NCBI GenBank assembly: GCA_017652785.1
Contig: JAGCAG010000066.1
Location: 1 to 38,371 of the forward strand
Direction of reading: 5' to 3'
Length of the DNA: 38,371 bases
From: Paludibacteraceae bacterium
GTDB taxonomy: Bacteria > Bacteroidota > Bacteroidia > Bacteroidales > Paludibacteraceae
Shown: one piece after another, positions 27,564-34,439 of the stretch
Layout of the letters: each line of letters begins with the position of its first letter
How positions within the stretch are numbered: position 1 is the first letter of the stretch
Made by a program: the position numbers and the translations under genes
Notes under the pieces: model-generated
What the model was told of the DNA's origin: nothing
Databases searched by the model: none
What the model saw: the letters and a program-made list of their open reading frames with translations, nothing else

Positions 27564-28112
27564 CTATATTTTAGTTTTCAGAACGTCTCTTATTGCTGCT
27601 GCTTTCTCATATTCTTCGGCTTTCACGCTCTCCTCAAGTAGAGCTTCGAGGCGAGGACGATCCATATCAAAAAGCGTCATTTCGTGTTTTAAGAATACTA
27701 CTTTGTCTTTGATGTTTGACCCAAAATTAGCCAAAATGCTCTCCTCTAAAAAGATAGGAGCCTTTGTGCGCAATGCTAATGCAATGGCATCCGACGGACG
27801 AGAATCTGTCTCAAATGTTTTGTTTTCCAAACCTCGCCAAACCATAGTGGCAAAATAAATGCCATTTTTTTTGTCGTAGATAAAAACTTCTTGAAGTTTC
27901 ACATCAAACGTTTTTGCTACGAGAATAAACGTGTCGTACACCAACGGACGAGGCAATGATAGTGGTTCTAAAGCAACAATGATGGCTTGTGCTTCTGCTT
28001 GACCTATAATCAACGGTAAGGTTCTTTCTCCGTCGATTTCTTTCAGCATCATTACGCGAAAAGGTGTATCGTCGTTTTTCGAAATTCCCATTACACAAAC
28101 TTGTTTTTTCAT
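27564..28112 (-). CDS. Bifunctional nuclease (DNase-RNase, DUF151) with C-terminal UVR motif
   Basis: Contains LPLIIGQAEAQAI, RPLVYD, DSRPSDAIALALR and a UVR-like EEYEKAAAIRD. The start is taken at ATG 28112 (MKKQVCV...) rather than the 25-codon upstream extension in the ORF track. Confidence 0.82.
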   Translation of the reverse strand: MKKQVCVMGISKNDDTPFRVMMLKEIDGERTLPLIIGQAEAQAIIVALEPLSLPRPLVYDTFILVAKTFDVKLQEVFIYDKKNGIYFATMVWRGLENKTFETDSRPSDAIALALRTKAPIFLEESILANFGSNIKDKVVFLKHEMTLFDMDRPRLEALLEESVKAEEYEKAAAIRDVLKTKI

Positions 28113-28137
28113 CCTTTTTCTTTTTTTAACTAAAAAG

Positions 28138-28145
28138 CAAAAATA
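28138..28145 (-). promoter_or_regulatory. -7 box TATTTTTG (- strand) for nuclease-permease-protease
   Basis: The reverse complement of caaaaata matches TAnnTTTG, 25 nt upstream of ATG 28112. Confidence 0.35.
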
Positions 28146-28296
28146 CAAAAAGCTTTCGTTTATTTTTTCTGTTGAGATAAAAGACATTGATAAAAATGGA
28201 AGTTTCTAGTCGGAAAAACTCCAACCAACAGTTGTTACTTCGAGACTTTTCAGTTCGTTGGTTGTTTATGTGCATTTGTTTTTCATTGTAAATCTG

Positions 28297-28304
28297 TATC
28301 TTTG
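28297..28304 (+). promoter_or_regulatory. -7 box TATCTTTG for prfB
   Basis: Matches TAnnTTTG with TTTG about 20 nt upstream (28275-28278). It lies 28 nt before ATG 28333. Confidence 0.45.
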
Positions 28305-28332
28305 CAATCTCGTGAAAAAATAAGAAAACAAT

Positions 28333-29446
28333 ATGACAACACAAGAACAGATTAAAGCAGCATCCGAACGCGTAGATGCGCTGAGGAGGTATCTTTGACA
28401 TTGAGTTGAAGAAAATAGAACTTGAAGAAGAGGAATTGCGTACGCAATCGCCCGACTTTTGGAACGACGCCAAGGCTGCCGAAGAGCAGATGAAAAAGGT
28501 TCGTTCGCTAAAGTTTTGGATTAATGGCTACAACGAAGTATTGTCGGCTACAGAGGAGGCACGTTTGGCGTTTGAATTTTTTAAGGAAGAAGCGGCTACA
28601 GAACAGGAAGTAGATACGGCTTATGCTCATGCTATTGCACTTATTGAGGAGTTGGAATTGAGAAATATGCTCCGCAAAGAGGAAGATAAGATGGGTGCTG
28701 TGATAAAAATAGTGGCAGGAGCGGGTGGCACTGAAGCACAAGATTGGGCAGAGATGCTTATGCGTATGTATATGCGCTACTGCGAAAAACAAGGCTACAA
28801 GGTAGAAATTTCAAATATCCTTGATGGTGACGAAGCTGGTATAAAATCGGTAACTTTCCAAGTGCAAGGCGATTATGCTTATGGTTTCTTGAAAAGCGAA
28901 AATGGTGTGCATCGGTTGGTACGAGTATCGCCTTATAATGCGCAAGGTAAACGAATGACTTCTTTTTCATCCGTATTTGTAACACCACTTGTTGATGATA
29001 CGATAGAGATTGAAATAGTTCAAGCAAATATTTCGTGGGATACGTTCCGCTCATCGGGTGCAGGAGGTCAGAATGTGAACAAAGTGGAGTCGGGTGTGCG
29101 TTTGCATTATACATTTCGCAATCCGGTTACGGAGCAAATGGATGAGATAGTGATAGAAAACACCGAAAGTCGCGACCAACCGAAAAACAAAGAAAATGCC
29201 TTGCGGTTACTTCGTTCGCAACTCTATGAATTGGAACTTGAAAAACGCAATGCAGAAACTGCAAAAATAGAGGCAGGAAAGAAGAAAATAGAGTGGGGAT
29301 CGCAGATTCGTTCGTATGTGTTCGACGATCGTCGCGTAAAAGATCATCGTACTGATTATCAGACCTCTAACGTACAAGCAGTGATGGATGGCAACATTGA
29401 TGGATTTATAAAAGCTTATTTAATGGAATTTGGTGGAGAGGAATAG
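28333..29446 (+). CDS. prfB: Peptide chain release factor 2, expressed via a programmed +1 frameshift (join 28333..28395, 28397..29446)
   Basis: Frame 0 reads MTTQEQIKAASERVDALRRYL then TGA at 28396-28398. The +1 frame continues DIELKKIELEEEEL...GGQNVNKVESGVR. The ORF track lists only the downstream frame, from 28406. Confidence 0.92.
28384..28399 (+). promoter_or_regulatory. RF2 recoding site AGGAGG-TAT-CTT-TGA-C
   Basis: A slippery CTT followed by the weak stop context TGA-C, with an SD-like AGGAGG 3 nt upstream. This is essentially identical in architecture to E. coli prfB (AGGGGG TAT CTT TGA C). Confidence 0.88.
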
Positions 29447-29497
29447 AAAAAAACTTTCTGCTTTGAGATGTTATAAAATTAAGAAAGGAGAAAAAAT

Positions 29498-30100
29498 ATG
29501 TTTTCAGGAATTGTAGAAACTGCAGCAGTCGTAACTCGTTTGGAAAAAGATAAAGACAATTTGCACATCACATTGAAATGTGAGTTTACTGACGAGTTGA
29601 AGATAGATCAAAGTGTAGCTCACAATGGTGTTTGCCTTACGGTGGTAAATATTGACGGTGATGAATATACCGTAACGGCTATCAAAGAGACGCTTGACAA
29701 ATCGAATCTTGGTTTGCTCGGTATAGGAACTAAAGTGAACCTCGAGCGTAGTATGAAAATAGATGGACGACTAGATGGTCATATTGTGCAGGGTCATGTA
29801 GACCAAACTGCTGTATGCCAATCAGTAGAAGAAAACAACGGAAGTTGGTATTACACATTCCGCTACAAAGTGGATGAGGCTCAAAAACGCAAAGGTTACA
29901 CTACGGTGGAAAAAGGTTCGGTAACGGTAAATGGAGTGAGCTTAACTGTTTGCGACTCGAAAGACGATGGTTTTTCGGTGGCAATCATTCCTTATACTTA
30001 TGAACATACAAACTTTCATCAAATAAAAGAAGGTACAGTCGTAAATATTGAATTCGATATTATCGGGAAATACCTTTGCAAGTTGATGAATATTGCTTAA
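29498..30100 (+). CDS. ribE: Riboflavin synthase (alpha chain)
   Basis: 200 aa. MFSGIVE..., the duplicated lumazine-binding repeat (SVAHNGVCLTV / SVTVNGVSLTV) and an AAGGAG 7 nt upstream of the ATG. Confidence 0.92.
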   Translation: MFSGIVETAAVVTRLEKDKDNLHITLKCEFTDELKIDQSVAHNGVCLTVVNIDGDEYTVTAIKETLDKSNLGLLGIGTKVNLERSMKIDGRLDGHIVQGHVDQTAVCQSVEENNGSWYYTFRYKVDEAQKRKGYTTVEKGSVTVNGVSLTVCDSKDDGFSVAIIPYTYEHTNFHQIKEGTVVNIEFDIIGKYLCKLMNIA

Positions 30101-30124
30101 GTTTTTTTGAAAAGATTGAGTAAA

Positions 30125-31018
30125 ATGTTCAAACGCTTTTGTTTGGTATTTTGCTTTGTATGTATAGCAAATCTATTGATTGCAGAAACTCTTTTGGAAA
30201 AACCAAATTTGCAAATTCCGAGCAAAATTGCTCCATTTTATTTTGGACCAAATGCGTTTCCTGTTCCAGATATGCTTGATAGCAGTACATCAGATGAACT
30301 GAAAGTAGAATTATCGGGTGATTATTATGTTGGTTTTGAGAAAGATTGGACTGCAGATGTTTTTGCAAAAATATCAATACCTCTTTTTAGTGAAAGGGTG
30401 AGACTGACTATTTGGATGCCATTTGTTGAGTTTTATGGATATACTGCAGAAAGAAAAAGACAATGTCGTTTGAATGATTCAATTCCTTCTAAAGGTCGAG
30501 ACTCGGGAGATGTTTACATTTCTACAGAAATTTGTTTGTTGAAACAAACGAAGTTTTGCCCTGATGTGGCCATTAGAGCTGCGTTGAAAACTGCATCATC
30601 TGATAAGGGATTTTATAATGCTCGAAATTATGATTGCCCGGGTTATTTTTTTGATGTTGCAGTGGCTAAATCTATTAAATTCAAAAACAATTTTTTTGAA
30701 GAGTTGAGGTTTTCTGGGAGTACAGGATTTCTTTGTTGGCAAACCGATAATGGCCGTCAGAATGATGCAGTGATGTATGGCTTGCAAGTTAAACTACAAA
30801 CAAAGTATTTGATTGTTTCTGAAACTTGGAGTGGGTATGCAGGTTGGGAAAAAGATGGAGATCGACCAATGTCTTTGAAAACTAATTTGATTTGTCGTGT
30901 TAAAAACTTTGAACCATTTTTTACATATCAGTATGGAATAAAAGATTACCCATTTCATCAGTTTAGAGTGGGATTAGGTTATAAAATTGGCATTTTGAAT
31001 AAAGAGAAGAAGAATTAG
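30125..31018 (+). CDS. Hypothetical exported protein, possible outer-membrane beta-barrel
   Basis: Signal-like N-terminus MFKRFCLVFCFVCIANLLIA, alternating hydrophobic pattern and a C-terminal FRVGLGYKIG. No family recognised. The ORF-track start 30107 is TTG, and ATG 30125 is preferred. Confidence 0.45.
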   Translation: MFKRFCLVFCFVCIANLLIAETLLEKPNLQIPSKIAPFYFGPNAFPVPDMLDSSTSDELKVELSGDYYVGFEKDWTADVFAKISIPLFSERVRLTIWMPFVEFYGYTAERKRQCRLNDSIPSKGRDSGDVYISTEICLLKQTKFCPDVAIRAALKTASSDKGFYNARNYDCPGYFFDVAVAKSIKFKNNFFEELRFSGSTGFLCWQTDNGRQNDAVMYGLQVKLQTKYLIVSETWSGYAGWEKDGDRPMSLKTNLICRVKNFEPFFTYQYGIKDYPFHQFRVGLGYKIGILNKEKKN

Positions 31019-31036
31019 AATAGATTCTTCCTTTCT

Positions 31037-31990
31037 TTAGAATTTGTGTTCTTTGAGAAAGAAATATGCTCTAAAAATCCACACGATGATGAGCGACATT
31101 ATCCAACGAGAAAATAGAACTATCCACCATACTGCTCCGACGGTTACTACGATGCTCAAATCTTCGACATTGCTGTGAGACACTCCGATGTGTGCATTGA
31201 GTAAATCAATATCCCGTTTTTTTAGATTGCTTTTTTGTGCCTCTTCTACCATAATAGATGCACCATAGGAAAGCCCAACAATGTTAGCAATTATCCATAA
31301 AAAGGAGTTCTCTTTTGAAAGTCCGAAAATGTTCATCAGCGGACGAGCGGCATTTGATATATACTTCAAAATGCCAAATTCGCATAAAACACCGTGCAAT
31401 ATGTTGAGAGAAAGAATAATGGTTACCATTTTGAGCATAAGGAGTGAAATCATAGTAAACCAATCGAAGAAAAGAGGAAGGAATTCTCCTTGAATTTCAA
31501 AAAAAGGCAACTGGCTTAATTCTGTCGTGGTGGTTGATGAAAAGTCGGGCCGATTGGGAAGAATCAAATTTAGAACGAAACCTAAAAGGAACGAAGCAAG
31601 AGTGCGTACTGCAATAACCATTGTAAGAGACGAGCCTGTTTTGCGTTGTATGGCAGATTCTACAGGAATGGCATGTGCAGCAAGTGTCATTGCTCCAATA
31701 ATGGTTACCGCACGAACGGAAATATCAATGGTTGAAACAACGGCAACACATGCATATACGTTGATAAAATATCCGCTTATGTAGGCGAAGGCAGCATCGC
31801 CTGGCAATCCAAAAAATTGGAATAATGGCGCAATGGCTGTTGAAATCCAAATCAGAATGCCTGAATATTTCAGTAGAAAAATAGCAAAAGAGACGGTTAC
31901 GGTAATTCGCACCATCCACCATGCAGTGTGTAGTGCTGACGGAGTAGCCGCTTTTGCAGCACCGAAAAATCGTTTCCCGAAATCTTGCAT
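31037..31990 (-). CDS. Nucleoside-recognition (Gate) domain membrane protein
   Basis: 317 aa and polytopic. The segment PLFQFFGLPGDAAFAYISGYFINVYA resembles FeoB-type gate / spore maturation protein domains. Confidence 0.6.
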   Translation of the reverse strand: MQDFGKRFFGAAKAATPSALHTAWWMVRITVTVSFAIFLLKYSGILIWISTAIAPLFQFFGLPGDAAFAYISGYFINVYACVAVVSTIDISVRAVTIIGAMTLAAHAIPVESAIQRKTGSSLTMVIAVRTLASFLLGFVLNLILPNRPDFSSTTTTELSQLPFFEIQGEFLPLFFDWFTMISLLMLKMVTIILSLNILHGVLCEFGILKYISNAARPLMNIFGLSKENSFLWIIANIVGLSYGASIMVEEAQKSNLKKRDIDLLNAHIGVSHSNVEDLSIVVTVGAVWWIVLFSRWIMSLIIVWIFRAYFFLKEHKF

Positions 31991-32016
31991 ATCTTTATAA
32001 TTGAAGAAAAACGTCG

Positions 32017-32024
32017 CAAAATTA
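32017..32024 (-). promoter_or_regulatory. -7 box TAATTTTG (- strand) for the gate-domain gene
   Basis: The reverse complement of caaaatta matches TAnnTTTG, 26 nt upstream of ATG 31990. Confidence 0.35.
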
Positions 32025-32131
32025 GCAAATAGTTAAAGAGCAACAAATGTTTTTTTCTGATGAAGAACTTTTTGTTTGTTGTTCCTTGTGTGGAAAAATT
32101 TCTTTTGTTATTGATGCATTTACTTTTTTAC

Positions 32132-32139
32132 TATTTTTG
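32132..32139 (+). promoter_or_regulatory. -7 box TATTTTTG for the PRiA4-like gene, miaA and the LysE gene
   Basis: Matches TAnnTTTG 34 nt upstream of ATG 32174, with TTTTG about 22 nt further upstream. Confidence 0.4.
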
Positions 32140-32173
32140 TCCAAGAATATCACATTTTTTTAAGCAGTATAGT

Positions 32174-32710
32174 ATGGTATATAAATTTGTTTTCTTTTCG
32201 GATGAAGTTGATAACTTTTATCGTGAAATAAAAATTGATGCAGATGCAACGTTTTTTCAGTTGCACGAAGCTATTTTGGATTCGGTAGGTTTTACTAAAG
32301 ATCAAATTACCTCTTTCTTTTTGTGTACTGATCAGTGGGAAAAAGAACAAGAAATAACGTTGTTCGAAATGGATTCGGGTTCGGAGTACGATAATTATGT
32401 AATGGAGAACACTGTTTTGCGCGATTTTTTGACCGATGAAAAACAGCGAATGATTTATGTTTTTGATAATATTTCCGATAGAGCATTTTTTATGGAGTTG
32501 AAAGAAATTGTTCTTGGGTCAAATATGTCGGAAGCAGTTTGTTCATTGAAAAAAGGTGTCCCTCCAATGCAGTTAGCAGATATTGATTCGTTTGTAGCTG
32601 CGGAAACAACAATTCTCTCTGATGATGATTTTTATGGATCGGAAGGTTACAATGACGACGATTTGGGAGAGGGTTTTGGTGATATGGATTTTGAGGATTC
32701 GTCTTATTAA
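32174..32710 (+). CDS. PRiA4_ORF3-like (plasmid pRiA4b ORF-3 / 'IS1096 passenger TnpR') family protein with acidic tail
   Basis: MVYKFVFFSDEVDNFYREIKIDADATFFQLHEAILDSVGFTKDQITSFF... resembles the PRiA4_ORF3 fold as I recall it. The C-terminus is DDDLGEGFGDMDFEDSSY. The start is moved from 32060 to ATG 32174 because the promoter box lies inside the longer ORF. Confidence 0.5.
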   Translation: MVYKFVFFSDEVDNFYREIKIDADATFFQLHEAILDSVGFTKDQITSFFLCTDQWEKEQEITLFEMDSGSEYDNYVMENTVLRDFLTDEKQRMIYVFDNISDRAFFMELKEIVLGSNMSEAVCSLKKGVPPMQLADIDSFVAAETTILSDDDFYGSEGYNDDDLGEGFGDMDFEDSSY

Positions 32711-32715
32711 ACGCG

Positions 32716-33624
32716 ATGAATAAAACTCTGGTTGTTTTGCTTGGCCCTACGGGAATTGGGAAAACGTCGACAAGTATTCGTTTGGCTCAAAGTTTCGATA
32801 CTTCGATTATCTCTGCCGATTCTCGTCAGGTTTTTAGAGAAATGAAAATAGGTACAGCAGCACCAGATGAAGAACAATTGAATTTAGTTCCTCATTATTT
32901 TATTGGTAACAAATCTATTTTTGAACGTTATAGTTCTGGTCAGTATGAACTGGATGTGATAGATTTATTGCAGGAGTTACACAAAAAAAAAGATGTTGTT
33001 TTGCTTGTTGGTGGATCGATGCTTTATATCGATGCGGTTTGTAAAGGAATTGATGATTTGCCAACGATAGACGAAGAGGTTCGTAGCGATTTGTTGCGTC
33101 TTTATGAGGAAAAAGGTCTTGAGTTCTTGCGTTCGCAATTGCGACTTTTAGATCCTGAGTATTACAAACAAGTTGATTTGAAAAATGCTAAGCGAATTTT
33201 GCATGCATTGGAGATTTGTTATATGACTCAGAAACCATATTCTTCTTTGCGAACAAATCCGCAAAAAAAACGTTCTTTTAATATTATAAAGGTAGGTTTG
33301 AATTGCGCAAGGGAGGAACTTTATCAAAAAATAAATACTCGTGTAGATGCAATGATTCAAATGGGGTTGCTTGATGAGGCAAAAAGTTTGTATCAGCATA
33401 AAGATCTGAATGCCTTGAATACGGTTGGATATAAAGAACTATTTAAGTATTTTTCTGGTGAATGGAATTATGAATTTGCGGTTGATATGATAAAACAAAA
33501 TACTCGACGTTATGCAAAAAAACAACTTTCGTGGTTCTTAAAAGATGAAAATATAAAATGGTTTCATCCTAATGATTTTGATCTAATTCAAAGTTATATA
33601 AACGAACAGATAAAAAATGTTTGA
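32716..33624 (+). CDS. miaA: tRNA dimethylallyltransferase
   Basis: 302 aa. Contains the P-loop LLGPTGIGKTSTSI and SADSRQVFREMKIGTAAP. Confidence 0.95.
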   Translation: MNKTLVVLLGPTGIGKTSTSIRLAQSFDTSIISADSRQVFREMKIGTAAPDEEQLNLVPHYFIGNKSIFERYSSGQYELDVIDLLQELHKKKDVVLLVGGSMLYIDAVCKGIDDLPTIDEEVRSDLLRLYEEKGLEFLRSQLRLLDPEYYKQVDLKNAKRILHALEICYMTQKPYSSLRTNPQKKRSFNIIKVGLNCAREELYQKINTRVDAMIQMGLLDEAKSLYQHKDLNALNTVGYKELFKYFSGEWNYEFAVDMIKQNTRRYAKKQLSWFLKDENIKWFHPNDFDLIQSYINEQIKNV

Positions 33625-34249
33625 GTTTATTCTAAAAGGGATAATAATAGGAATTTGTGTTTCGGCTCCTGTAGGTCCAATAGGTATTCTTTGTATTCAA
33701 AGAACGCTAACCAAAGGGAAAAAGGTTGGAATCATAACGGGACTTGGAGCTACTTTCTCTGATTTATTCTATGCTATGATAGCAGGATTCAGTTTAGGTT
33801 TTGTTTCTGACTTTATTACTAAATATCAATTTTGGATTCAGATAGTAGGAAGTTTAATCATTATGTTGTTTGGTTTTTATATTTTCAAAAGTAATCCAGT
33901 AAGAAGTCTTTCTTCTGTACAAAAACAAGGATCTAGCGGAAGTTATTTTGCTGATTTTGTTACGTCGTTTGCACTTTGTATTACAAATCCTATGATTCTG
34001 TTCATATTTATTGGGCTTTTTGCTCGAATGGGATTTTTTACTTCAGATGAACCTCTTTATCAGAGCATAGTTGGATTATTTTCTATCCTTCTCGGTGCGT
34101 TTCTTTGGTGGCTAACTTTAAATAGTTTAGTGGATCGTTTCCGTAAAAAAATAAATGTACGTGGTTTGGGCTTAATAAATAAGATTACTGGTTTTGTTAT
34201 TTGTGCAATAGGTTTGGTAGGTTTTGTAATGTCAATATTTCAGGGTTAA
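33617..34249 (+). CDS. LysE/RhtB family amino-acid exporter
   Basis: 210 aa and 6 TM segments. The N-terminus GICVSAPVGPIGILCIQRTL is typical of the LysE family. It overlaps miaA by 8 nt. Confidence 0.78.
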   Translation: MFEFILKGIIIGICVSAPVGPIGILCIQRTLTKGKKVGIITGLGATFSDLFYAMIAGFSLGFVSDFITKYQFWIQIVGSLIIMLFGFYIFKSNPVRSLSSVQKQGSSGSYFADFVTSFALCITNPMILFIFIGLFARMGFFTSDEPLYQSIVGLFSILLGAFLWWLTLNSLVDRFRKKINVRGLGLINKITGFVICAIGLVGFVMSIFQG

Positions 34250-34439
34250 TAACTTTTTTTTGTTAATTTTATAAAAAGTTAAGTTTTGATATTGTTGGAA
34301 TAAAAAAGAGTACTATCTTTACCGCCAATTATGAGGCAAAGTGCGCACTTTTTTATGGTGTTTTTTAATTTGCTGATTTTTAATTTTTTAGAAGAAATAA
34401 AAAAGAATTTTAGTAATAAAATAGATTTTAAGTTTGTTT

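Noticed and set aside
28229-28265. An 8-bp inverted repeat CAACCAAC / GTTGGTTG with a ~20-nt spacer between the divergent nuclease and prfB promoters. It could be an operator or an sRNA.
   Set aside because: The stem is short with a large loop and no flanking conservation I can assess. It is compatible with chance in 150 nt of spacer.
29447-29497. Looked for FMN (RFN) riboswitches upstream of ribE and ribBA.
   Set aside because: The ribE leader is 51 nt with only an SD-like motif. ribBA overlaps the preceding lptF/G-like gene by 4 nt. Neither leaves room for an aptamer.
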